Of a DNA stretch of 64,000 nucleotides, positions 8,581 through 18,200 are shown one piece after another (within the stretch, counting starts at the first letter, position 1; every line of letters starts with the position of its first letter). A program made the position numbers and the translations under genes. Below the pieces are notes generated by a model that was not told where the DNA came from, did no database searches, and saw nothing but the letters and a program-made list of their open reading frames with translations. The stretch comes from an uncultured virus (IMG/VR IMGVR_UViG_3300033066_000417) (lineage: Duplodnaviria; Heunggongvirae; Uroviricota; Caudoviricetes), in the IMG/VR virus record IMGVR_UViG_3300033066_000417. One strand, written 5' to 3'.

Positions 8581-9860
8581 AAGAAGTAAAAGTTAGACAG
8601 TACCTTTATCATAAATCTTTAGCTAAAAATAGAGAAAGCATTTTTGAGTACGGGTTGGAGCCTAGGCTAGGAAGATATTCAGAAGGGTATTACAGTGGTG
8701 AGCCTGCTATATTTTTGACTAACTCTTCAAAGGCAAAGGATTGGTTTGAAACAGGATTTCATGAAGATGTATGGCAGATAGATACAAAAGGTCTTTCTAA
8801 TACATTTTATATAGACCCGTTTTTTGAAAATTTATCTGGTGGAGATTATAAACATGTGCTTACGTTCTCTCATATACCTCCAGATAATTTACAATTAGTT
8901 TATGAAGGTGATGATAGAGACCAATACAGTATGACTAATGACGAAAGAATGAAGTATGAAACTATAAAACCTATTGAATCATTGAAGCATATAAAATCAA
9001 CATTAATAAAACTCAATAGCAACATCCTTGATATGACCAATCCAGTAGATGCTACTGTGAACAGGTCGGATGCTTTACAAGCAGAATTGGATAAGATAAA
9101 AGAAGAAGCTAATAACCCATATGCAGACAAGAGGCAACTGGCAGAGAGGGCTGAGGAAATTATGCTGGAGCATGAGATATTAACAAGAGACTTAGAGAGT
9201 CTTGGTAATGTTAGAAGTGTATTGATAAGACTTAACGGTTATGATGAAGAAGCTTATAACAGTGCAAACCAGTATCTCCAGAAAGCAGGACTTCCAGAAT
9301 TGCAATATCATGAACCTGTAAAGTCTGACCCTGTTCGTGGAAAAGAAATTGCTAAAGCTTATGAGGCAATGAAACATGAACCAGAAAATCCAGAAGTAAT
9401 AAAAGCATATCGGCAGTTTGCAAAAGAAGTTGAGAATCAGTGGGAACATTTACCTGTAAAAGTAGAATTTACTGACGGTGACCCTTACAAGAACTCAAAA
9501 GAAATGTTTCAGGATATACTTCAGAACAAAAGACTAAAAGTTTTCCGTGGTGGTGAACCTCATGGATTTTTAAGTGCAAAAGATTCTAACGGTATATCTG
9601 TAAATGAAAAATTCAGAGCTGTGCATGATTACTTCGGACACTTCATGGCTAAATATCAGTTCGGAGCATCAGGAGAACAGAATGCATATCTTGAGCATGC
9701 TAAGATGTTTTCACCTCTTGCCAGAAAGGTAATGGCTACAGAAACTATGGGTCAGAATAACTGGTTTAACTATTCTGATGCAAATGAAGGGAAACATCCT
9801 AAAGAGAGACAGTTTGCAGAGCAAAAAGCTGGGTTTCTTCCAGAAGAGTATTTAAAATAA
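8568..9860 (+). CDS. Multidomain cargo protein: ART-like (Tpt1/KptA-type) domain + HDxxGH domain
   Basis: Likely TTG start at 8568 (MGKLKEVK). LYHKS..NRESIFEYGLEP..AIFLT..HIPPDNL; C-term NEKFRAVHDYFGH..GEQNAY..H..ETMGQNNW. Confidence 0.65.
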   Translation: MGKLKEVKVRQYLYHKSLAKNRESIFEYGLEPRLGRYSEGYYSGEPAIFLTNSSKAKDWFETGFHEDVWQIDTKGLSNTFYIDPFFENLSGGDYKHVLTFSHIPPDNLQLVYEGDDRDQYSMTNDERMKYETIKPIESLKHIKSTLIKLNSNILDMTNPVDATVNRSDALQAELDKIKEEANNPYADKRQLAERAEEIMLEHEILTRDLESLGNVRSVLIRLNGYDEEAYNSANQYLQKAGLPELQYHEPVKSDPVRGKEIAKAYEAMKHEPENPEVIKAYRQFAKEVENQWEHLPVKVEFTDGDPYKNSKEMFQDILQNKRLKVFRGGEPHGFLSAKDSNGISVNEKFRAVHDYFGHFMAKYQFGASGEQNAYLEHAKMFSPLARKVMATETMGQNNWFNYSDANEGKHPKERQFAEQKAGFLPEEYLK

Positions 9861-9869
9861 GCAGAAAAA

Positions 9870-9890
9870 TTTGTATTTATTATATAGAAG
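9870..9890 (+). promoter_or_regulatory. Putative late promoter motif
   Basis: TTTGTATTTATTATATAGAAG. Confidence 0.8.
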
Positions 9891-9917
9891 ATTCTTTAAT
9901 TTAACCAAAAACGACAA

Positions 9918-10994
9918 ATGTCTAACGAAAAAACAAGATTTATAAAATTAAATAAAAACCTTAAGCATGAGAACAGTGGTATTTTTGCTAAAGACTCTGT
10001 ATTAGAAGTAATAGCAGGAGCTACAAAGTTTGCATTACCACAAGTAATCGCTATAAATGCTAAGGATGAGTCAGGTTTACCTTATCCTACAGACGACTTT
10101 AATCTTTATACTTTAGCCTTCAAGGAAGAGGATGTAACAGAAGTTACAGACAAAACAGCTATGAAGAAAGTATCATATCAGATTCCTTTTGGCTTCGGCT
10201 GGGGAGAAGATGATGGTCAGAATTTAGACTTAGGTCTTGAAGATAAGTATGCAGAAAAAGACTACACAATTGACAGAGATGGTAACATCGAAATCAAAGC
10301 TGGTTTACAGAAGACAGCAGATGTAGGTAAGAATATGCTTACTGATTCAAACGAAAACATTTCAACAGAGTTTGCTGAAAAAGTTGAAGGTCAGGATGAC
10401 CCCTCTTATTCAGAACCATGGACTGCTGATGAGAAGACAATGCCTGCTACTTCACCTATCCTTGGTGAGCTTACAGGTAAAGCAAGAGAATTGTTCCACA
10501 AGATAAATAGTACTGAGCCTAACAACTTGTTACCTAGCAAAGAAGACACAAGTATTAATTACAATACTGCTGTTGACGGTAGCGGAACTGTTACAGACGT
10601 TTACAAAGAGGACACAAAAGAAATGCCTTGGAAAGATGAAAACCTTGGTAAAGTTTCAAACCAGATAAAAACTGCTGAAGAAAAGGTTATCAAAAACATG
10701 CCTTCAGATGGTAATGCTGGCGGAGACAACCTTGATGACTATTCAAAAGAAGGAAACGTTGAAGAAGGTGCTAAAGATGAATTCAGACCTAAAGAAGCTG
10801 GTAAAACAAAGCTTGCTAATTTAGCTGACCAATCAATTGTTGACTATGAATCAACACAGCCAATGTCTATTGATAACGTGGATGACATAGATGATGACGA
10901 TGATTGGGGAAATGCTGAAGACCTCGGTTTAACACCTGAGCAGGAACAGGAAGCTTTAAGTAGCCACGGATACGATAATCCAATAGGACACTAA
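9918..10994 (+). CDS. Acidic low-complexity protein, probable internal head/scaffold protein
   Basis: D/E-rich; repeated KTA (DKTAM, QKTAD, IKTAE); behind late motif. Confidence 0.55.
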   Translation: MSNEKTRFIKLNKNLKHENSGIFAKDSVLEVIAGATKFALPQVIAINAKDESGLPYPTDDFNLYTLAFKEEDVTEVTDKTAMKKVSYQIPFGFGWGEDDGQNLDLGLEDKYAEKDYTIDRDGNIEIKAGLQKTADVGKNMLTDSNENISTEFAEKVEGQDDPSYSEPWTADEKTMPATSPILGELTGKARELFHKINSTEPNNLLPSKEDTSINYNTAVDGSGTVTDVYKEDTKEMPWKDENLGKVSNQIKTAEEKVIKNMPSDGNAGGDNLDDYSKEGNVEEGAKDEFRPKEAGKTKLANLADQSIVDYESTQPMSIDNVDDIDDDDDWGNAEDLGLTPEQEQEALSSHGYDNPIGH

Positions 10995-10997
10995 AAA

Positions 10998-11858
10998 TTG
11001 AACGAGAAAGCTCAAGTAACGTTTCCAGATGAGACAGAAATAAGCTGTGTTATTCTGGGAGAAGACGAATTGGGCAATTATAAATGCTCAGCTCTGGAGA
11101 GTAATGGAAAATATAAACAGGGTGATATCTTTTATTGTAACGAAGATACTCACGAAATAGTAAAGACAGCGAAATTGACAAAATTATCTGGATTAAAGAA
11201 TCTTCTTTCAAACGAAATAAAAAAATATCAATGGGGATTTGATAATCACAAATCTCCATGGAAGTATAATAAGATTACTGGGATGATTGAAAAAGACCCA
11301 GAAGCTGTTAAGAAATTGGCTAAGCTGTTAAAGACTGCCTCAGATGAGACTTACACTAGTCCTGACAGAATAGAACGTTATGCAGTAGAGGCTGACTTTT
11401 ATGTTTATGCCACTTCAGATGAAGAAGCTTTTCAGAAAGCTGATGACATACAGAGTAACTTTGACAGTATAACTGATACTGAGTCAAGATTTGAAATAAA
11501 AAATGTTTATAAGATTCCTACTGGAACAATGAATTTTAACAACAAGCCTTTACAAAGGCAGTCTAAATTAGGTGGTTTAAAGTTTCTTCTTTCACATGCT
11601 TTAGACCCAAAGATTGAAACAAAATTTGACAATAGCCTGAAAGCTGTAAAGTATCACTTATTTCAGTATTCTGGAAACGATGATGTGAAGGAATTACAGA
11701 CGGTAGCAGATTACTTAAATGATTTATTAATGGTTACAAAAGAACAGATTGCTAATCATCACACAGATGAGAGACCACAACATGGTTCTCCTGACTATGA
11801 TGATGACGGTGGAGAGATGAGAATGTGGAGAGCAATGGAAGGTGGAGCTGGAGATTAA
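10998..11858 (+). CDS. Modular hypothetical protein (probable head cargo)
   Basis: Short domains separated by VKTAKLTKLSGLKNLLS, LLKTAS, SKLGGLKFLLSHA; TTG start. Confidence 0.55.
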   Translation: MNEKAQVTFPDETEISCVILGEDELGNYKCSALESNGKYKQGDIFYCNEDTHEIVKTAKLTKLSGLKNLLSNEIKKYQWGFDNHKSPWKYNKITGMIEKDPEAVKKLAKLLKTASDETYTSPDRIERYAVEADFYVYATSDEEAFQKADDIQSNFDSITDTESRFEIKNVYKIPTGTMNFNNKPLQRQSKLGGLKFLLSHALDPKIETKFDNSLKAVKYHLFQYSGNDDVKELQTVADYLNDLLMVTKEQIANHHTDERPQHGSPDYDDDGGEMRMWRAMEGGAGD

Positions 11859-12437
11859 GTGAGCTCAAAAGTTTGTTACAAGTGTAATGTTTGTAAACCT
11901 ATAACAGAGTTCTTTAGAGATAAAAGCAGGTCAGATGGGTATTGTTATAGATGTAAAAGTTGTGCTAAAGATAGTTTAAGAGAGTACTGTGATAATAATA
12001 GAGAATTGGTTAACAAGAAGTCATTAGCTTATTACCATAGTCAGACACAAGAATATAGAGATAGGATGTGTAAACGAATATCTATAGATTATGGTGCAGA
12101 TAATCCAGAGGTAACTATTACTAAACTGAAAAGGATTCATAATGGTGCTTTAAGGAGATGTGAAGATAAAAACACTGATATAGACTTAGACTGGCTGAAA
12201 AACTTATATGATAAAACTAAAACTTGTCCAGAGTGTGATGTAGTTATGACTCCAAATGGTAACGGGGATACTGGAAAAACTTTAGACCATTTAGTCCCTT
12301 TAGGCATAGGTGGTAAACATATTCAATTTAACGTTAGAGTAGTTTGTAGAAAATGTAATCTAACTAGACCAAGAGGTGGTTCAGACATAAGGGCTGGAAA
12401 AATATTGGTAGTTTGGTCAGAAACAGTAACTATATAA
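11859..12437 (+). CDS. HNH endonuclease (free-standing homing type)
   Basis: N-term CxxC...CxxC; C-term CPEC..TLDHLVPL..GGKH...N...VCRKCN. Confidence 0.85.
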   Translation: MSSKVCYKCNVCKPITEFFRDKSRSDGYCYRCKSCAKDSLREYCDNNRELVNKKSLAYYHSQTQEYRDRMCKRISIDYGADNPEVTITKLKRIHNGALRRCEDKNTDIDLDWLKNLYDKTKTCPECDVVMTPNGNGDTGKTLDHLVPLGIGGKHIQFNVRVVCRKCNLTRPRGGSDIRAGKILVVWSETVTI

Positions 12438-12447
12438 AATAAAATAA

Positions 12448-12813
12448 ATGGATTTACTTAGACATGTATACCCAGTTAGCAATAGCTGGTTTGGAAAAAT
12501 AGAGATTACAGATATTGGTGCATATGATTTATCGCTATTCACAAAATATGCTGAGCCTACTATTGATGTAGGTGGTTCTTTTATAGATGGCACTACATCT
12601 TATTCACTTACTTCTGTAACAAAAAGAGTTTATAATGACTCACCTTTTGCTCAAGAATTTAATCCGACCACGTTAGGAGTCTCTCTTAATGAGGCTGGAA
12701 AGAGAGCAACAGCGTTTGTCAATGTAATAGCTACCAGAATTGAGACAGCTATGGATACGGTTAGAGCAGTTGACGGGACATCTTCAGAAGCAACAAGTTG
12801 GAAAGTAGTTTAA
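12448..12813 (+). CDS. Hypothetical (likely virion) protein
   Basis: 121-aa ORF in structural operon. Confidence 0.6.
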   Translation: MDLLRHVYPVSNSWFGKIEITDIGAYDLSLFTKYAEPTIDVGGSFIDGTTSYSLTSVTKRVYNDSPFAQEFNPTTLGVSLNEAGKRATAFVNVIATRIETAMDTVRAVDGTSSEATSWKVV

Positions 12814-13044
12814 ATGGGTAGACTGAAAGAGCTGGTAAGTGTACTAAATAAAATAAGTGGTTATGCTAGTAAGCCTTCAAAGAGGATTAATTTAAAACAG
12901 CTTCAAGTGTTAGAAGATGAAGGTATGGCAAGCAGGGATGCTTATAAAATACTAAGCAATGGTCAAGTTGCAATATGCAAAGATAGTAATGTGATAGTAT
13001 CTTGTTGTTCTAATTGTGGTGATTATAATTTTATAAAGGTATAA
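12814..13044 (+). CDS. Small protein with amphipathic leader, Cys-rich C-terminus
   Basis: MGRLKELVSVLNKISG. Confidence 0.6.
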   Translation: MGRLKELVSVLNKISGYASKPSKRINLKQLQVLEDEGMASRDAYKILSNGQVAICKDSNVIVSCCSNCGDYNFIKV

Positions 13045-13046
13045 GA

Positions 13047-13283
13047 ATGGGTAAGCTAAAAGAATTAGAAAGCACTTTAAAAGTATTATCTACTTTAAGA
13101 GACTGGTATGATGATTCTACTCCAGTAGGTAAAGAATCTGTGGAAAAAATAGGTCAAGCTATAATAAAAGTATTTAATCTTAAAGTTGGTAGTAATGGTA
13201 GAGTGCAGACTACTATTGGAGACAAGACTATAGTAGGCATAGGAGAAGTAGTAAAAAGAATTGTTGAAGAAGGTGGTATTTAA
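13047..13283 (+). CDS. Small protein with amphipathic leader
   Basis: MGKLKELESTLKVLS. Confidence 0.6.
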   Translation: MGKLKELESTLKVLSTLRDWYDDSTPVGKESVEKIGQAIIKVFNLKVGSNGRVQTTIGDKTIVGIGEVVKRIVEEGGI

Positions 13284-13288
13284 TTTTA

Positions 13289-13462
13289 ATGACATTCCAG
13301 AAAATAATAGAATATTTATTAAGATTTCTTAATATACCAGCACATGCATTCGGCACCCTTACTATTAAATTTCAAAGAGGTGAAGTAAAGCATATAACAT
13401 TTGAGGAGTCATTCGATTTGGAAAGTTTAAAAGTTTCTGAATTAAAAATAGAGAAGACATAA
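13289..13462 (+). CDS. Small DUF2292/YezD-like protein (not in ORF track)
   Basis: 57 aa MTFQKIIEYLLRFLNIPAHAFGTLTIKFQRGEVKHITFEES...; fills the gap exactly. Confidence 0.55.
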   Translation: MTFQKIIEYLLRFLNIPAHAFGTLTIKFQRGEVKHITFEESFDLESLKVSELKIEKT

Positions 13463-13464
13463 TA

Positions 13465-13629
13465 ATGGCATTCGTAAAATTTGGAACAAAAAATACTAAT
13501 GATTCTGATTCAAGCAGACTTCTTACTGAAGTAATACTTGAAGACGGTAAAATAACAAAAGAGTCTAAATTAAAGAAAGTAGTTGAGTCTACTGATGTTG
13601 AAGAGTTTAAAAAAGAAAACAAAAATTAA
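13465..13629 (+). CDS. Small hypothetical protein (not in ORF track)
   Basis: 54 aa MAFVKFGTKNTND...; fills the gap exactly. Confidence 0.55.
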   Translation: MAFVKFGTKNTNDSDSSRLLTEVILEDGKITKESKLKKVVESTDVEEFKKENKN

Positions 13630-13640
13630 CGGAAAAACAA

Positions 13641-14246
13641 ATGGCAAATCTTATCTTAGTAAATTCCTCATCATCAATTGTTAGAAACCTTGACAGTGAT
13701 AGAGGTGATAGAGAAAACACATATGCACAGTGGACTATTGCAGGTGGTGGAACATTAGCTATTGACGAAGCGGAAATAAGAGTTCCTTTCGACAAGAGTA
13801 TTCCACAAGCACTTAAAGACGGTCAGGTTACTACAACCGAATCAGCTTTAGATGCATTAACAAGGCTTGATGTAAAGAACTTTGTAGCAGAAGGTCTTGG
13901 CTTAAAGTATTACAACACAAACAGTGTGCTTTTAAAAGCTAACAGAGCTGTATATGCAACCCCAGAGACTGGATTTATTGCATATCCTTCAGCAGACGGT
14001 GGAACAGTAACAGGTATTGTTAGACAGGATGCAACTGGTACAACAACTTATGTAAGAGTTCAGACATCAGGTTCAGTAACTGTAGAATTAGGTGGAACTG
14101 TTGCTCAGGGTGATTACTTAATGTCAGATACAACTGGTAGAGCTGTTGTAGCTACAAGTGGTAAAAAAGCATTCGGTGTTGCTCCTTCAGCAGGTGCAGT
14201 TAACGATACAAAAACAGTTACTCTTAGCTTCACAACAAGACCGTAA
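13641..14246 (+). CDS. Capsid decoration/cement-like protein (DUF2190-like C-terminal domain)
   Basis: VRVQTSGSVTVELGGTVAQGDYLMSDTTGRAV pattern. Confidence 0.65.
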   Translation: MANLILVNSSSSIVRNLDSDRGDRENTYAQWTIAGGGTLAIDEAEIRVPFDKSIPQALKDGQVTTTESALDALTRLDVKNFVAEGLGLKYYNTNSVLLKANRAVYATPETGFIAYPSADGGTVTGIVRQDATGTTTYVRVQTSGSVTVELGGTVAQGDYLMSDTTGRAVVATSGKKAFGVAPSAGAVNDTKTVTLSFTTRP

Positions 14247-14271
14247 CTGAATTAAAAGGTAAACAAAATTA

Positions 14272-14301
14272 AAGGGGCATTTTTTAGTGCCCCTTACTTT
14301 T
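14272..14301 (+). terminator. Rho-independent terminator
   Basis: AAGGGGCA-TTTTTTAG-TGCCCCTT followed by ACTTTT. Confidence 0.75.
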
Positions 14302-14323
14302 CTAAACAATACTGCTTATAACA

Positions 14324-15292
14324 TTGATAACAAAGACTGCAAGTAACTACAAAGTAAAAAATTTTGATGAGCTTATACTTGCTCTACAGAAATTAAAAGA
14401 AAATTCAGGCAGATTAACTTTACCTGAAGGTAAATCTCAATTGATAGATTCAGGTACTGCAAGTCTAATGTTACAGCTTAATGATAAATTCACAGACCCA
14501 AACATAAGACCTAAGTTTAAAGCAGATATTATGACTTGGGCTGGATTTTTACGATTAGCAAATTTTGCATGGGGTAAATCCTCATTTAATAAAGGTGGAA
14601 GTTTGAAGAAGTTAAATAACATTGTAAAAGATATAGTAACATTAGCTGGAAATTACTACCCAGAAGGTTTTCCTTCGGACTTAAAAGAGATGGCTGAAAG
14701 TGGTCACATTTTAGGAGCTACTCCTGAGTATGATGAGCAAACTCATGGTACTGGGTTCGGTGGTTTGCTAAGGAAATGGCAACAGAATAAAACTACTCCA
14801 GAAGAGGAGCTTAAGCTGTTTAATGAGATAAATGATTATCCAGATAATGAAAGTTTAATGGACTTACCTATGCTTCATAGAATGAATGAACTTATGCAAG
14901 AAGGAAAAATAAAACCTAAAACTACAGTACAATCAATAAAAAAAGTTTTACAAAGATTACTTAAAACATCTACCGATGAGCTTGGTGGAATCCATGATAT
15001 TGATTTCGCCCAGTGGGAAGGTGATGGAGTAGATGAAGAGACTGATGCCATTAACATGCAGAAAATGATTAGTTCAGGGCAGGCTTGGACTATGCAAGGT
15101 AGCTATGGCAGAAGTGCTATGCAGTATTTAGAGGCTGGCATGTGTATGTTGGGCAAAGAAGGTCATAATGACTATTATGGAAATTACGTCCCATCCAGAA
15201 CTGAAGTAAAGGCTGGAACTAAAGGTTCCGAAGCTTTATGCAAGAAAAATTATCCTGACCTTTATAAAAAGTATATAAAACTAGGCTTATAA
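14324..15292 (+). CDS. Modular hypothetical protein (probable head cargo)
   Basis: TTG start MITKTAS; three modules separated by amphipathic helices ending VTLAG and LLKTS; last module QKMISSGQAWTMQGSYGR..DYYGNYVPSR. Confidence 0.6.
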   Translation: MITKTASNYKVKNFDELILALQKLKENSGRLTLPEGKSQLIDSGTASLMLQLNDKFTDPNIRPKFKADIMTWAGFLRLANFAWGKSSFNKGGSLKKLNNIVKDIVTLAGNYYPEGFPSDLKEMAESGHILGATPEYDEQTHGTGFGGLLRKWQQNKTTPEEELKLFNEINDYPDNESLMDLPMLHRMNELMQEGKIKPKTTVQSIKKVLQRLLKTSTDELGGIHDIDFAQWEGDGVDEETDAINMQKMISSGQAWTMQGSYGRSAMQYLEAGMCMLGKEGHNDYYGNYVPSRTEVKAGTKGSEALCKKNYPDLYKKYIKLGL

Positions 15293-15297
15293 AATAA

Positions 15298-18200
15298 ATG
15301 GCTTTCATAAAAAGAGCACAATCAAAATTCAAAGTAGAGCAGGTTTATAGCTATTCTGATTTACAGGAAGGTCTTGTAAAAGTAGCTGGTAAGAATGTAA
15401 CTGCTAAAGTGATAAATAAAATATCAAGCATCCCAGCAATTCAAGCTGAGCCTGATAATTATTTGTATATACGTAATAGAAGTGTTTCAGGTTTAGATAC
15501 TTGGGGCTTTAATTCTAATTTTGATGCGTTCCCTTCCGAAGAATTACAATCAGCATACAAAACATTTGTACGTGTAGGTATTTCTGTAGACCATATTAAC
15601 AATGGAGAAGAAGATTTAATAGGTCTTGTTCTTGACAGTGAGTATGTTCCTAAACAGTTATACTGCATAAACGACAATACATTATTTCCTTTCTCAGAAG
15701 AGAAGAGAGCTTCTTTAATAAAAGAAGGTAAGAAATTAAAGGTTGTTGGAGATTATGTAGAGAACTTACTTTGCATAGACAAAAAACTTGCTAATGAAAA
15801 ACGTGCAGGACTTGTAGAGGCTATCCTTAACGGAGAAGTAACAGATACAAGTATGGGAACAAGTGTACAGGAATCTGAGTGTTCAATTTGTGGTAATGTA
15901 GCCAGAGGCGAACATGAGTACTGTGAGCATATAAAGTGTAAACGTTGTGGTAACAGAGCTCCTAAGAATGGAGAAAAAGAGTGTCTTCATAGCAACGATA
16001 AAGGTAGAATGATTTCTTACAATGGTCATAACCCTAAATACTGCTATGAAATAAACAGAGGACTTGATTTCTTTGAGGATTCTATTATCCTTTCTGAAAC
16101 CTTTGCTAAAAAATCTGGTGCTACAGCTCAGGCTGGTGGAGAAGGTGCTGATACTGGTGCTAAGATTCTTGAAGTTGTTGCAAACAAGAAACCTTCTATA
16201 CTTGATGAAGTAAAGAAGAGAGCTAATGTTGGTACTCTTTCAGATGACACTATCGTTATCGGAGAAGAGCCTAAAGAGCTTGAGCAAAAAAGAGAAGAGT
16301 ATGAAGAAAGTCGTGAAGATTATTTTGAAGATGGTAAAACTTCAATGAAGATTGAAGATAAAGATATTACTGCTTCAACATTAAAATCTATTGCTAAAAA
16401 TAAAAAAGATTATTCAGAATTTGAAAATGAAGTTTCAAAAGTAGTAGGTAGCATCTCAACACCTTCCAGAATAAAGTTAAGAAGCTTCTATAAGACTTTT
16501 CAGGAAAGGCACAGAGATGAAGTGCTTGCTGTTGCTAAACATATAGTTGATACTCAGGACGGAATAAATCAGGAAAGCTTAAAAGAAAGACTTGCAAGCC
16601 ACGGATTTAATCAGAAAGAAATTGATGAAGCTTTAGCTTATCAGGTTAAAGTAAAAGGTAATTATGATGTTTCATCTAAGCTTAAAAACTTCCTTGTGGA
16701 AGGAATGAAGCTTTACAATGAGATTGACAAGACTGCTGACCTTCAAGGAGCAAACTATGCTAATACAATGAACACTGGATTAGCTGAGCTTGTTGACAGG
16801 TACAATGATTCTAAGATGGATGACTCTGGTGACTTAAACGAAACCAAAGGGGCTGACGGGAAAAATTATATTGGTTCAGAGCCTATTGGTGAAACTAGAA
16901 GCATGAAGAAAACAGCAGACCTTAAAAATGAAATTTTACAATTTGTAAACGGTCAGACTGAAACTCCTAAAGAAAATATCTTTGGAAGATTTGGATATCA
17001 GCCAGAAGTAAATCAGGCTATTGATGATTTAGTATCAGAAAATAAAGTTACTGTAGATGAGTTCGAATCAGTTCATCCAGTTACAGATGATATTAATAAT
17101 GCAGGAGCAACCGCAGAAGCTCAGGAAAATGTATCAGTAGTAGAACCTTCTGAAACAGACTCTTTTGCTAACGTTGAAGCTTTTGAAAAGTATTTAATAA
17201 ACCCTCAAAGTGACTGGGTAATATTATCAGCAACAGACCAAAGTAAAACAACTGATGCAAACGGTAATTCAATACCTGCATACTTAAACCCAGAGAACAT
17301 AGAAGCAAATCAAAAACTTCTAACAGATATTAAAGCTCTTGGATTGGATGCAGTTGAGGCTCAGGGTGTTTATCTAAACAACCCAGAAGGAAAAAGTTAT
17401 CTTGTAGACGGTGCTTCCCTAAAGGATGGAGTATTCCTCGGACTGAAATATAATCAGGAATCAATTTTAATTCCACAAGGTATCTACACATTGCCTAAAG
17501 CTGGAAGTGAAAATGTAAAAAGCCCACAAGATGTTTCTGAAGCTTTAATACATCAAGGTGAGCTTGCTCCAGCAACTACATCTGGAAATCAGCCAGTTGT
17601 TTATTGGGGAGAGTCTGCAAAAGAGCAGGATGGTTATACAACATTAAACATTGGTGGTGAAGATGTTGCATTCTCATTTGATATTGACTGGAACGGTATA
17701 AAACCTTTCGGACAATATTTAAGTAAGACTTCTGGACTTGTGGAAGATGAAGCTAAAGATGCTCAAGAAGTAAAAGATGATGCAGAGATAATAAAATACA
17801 CTGATGAGGACTTAACAAAAGAAAGTAAAAATACAATGATTGAAAGATTAGAGCTAACAGCCAGAAGACTGAATAAGGCATTTGAAAAATTTGCTGGTAT
17901 TGACATGAATAAGGAAATTTGGGAAGGGTGGACAGTCGGTAGCTTCATAGAGGAACTTGAGCCTTCATTTGATATGATTATGAATGGTCAATCATGGCAA
18001 GAGCCTTTTAAGACGGTAGCTGAAGTTAAGAAATGGTGTATGGAAAATCAGCCTTACTATAAGAAGTATATACCAGAAGTAGTAAACTATTTCTGGAATA
18101 AGGTTCAGCAGAACTCTAACAACAGGTTTGCTAAAAAAGCTTCTGACAAAGTAAAACAGGATAAAATGGATATCGGTGGAGTAGGTAGCCCTGACTCTGA

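Noticed and set aside
11859..12437. HNH genes as group I intron-encoded ORFs
   Set aside because: Flanking genes appear complete and there is no room for intron core structure
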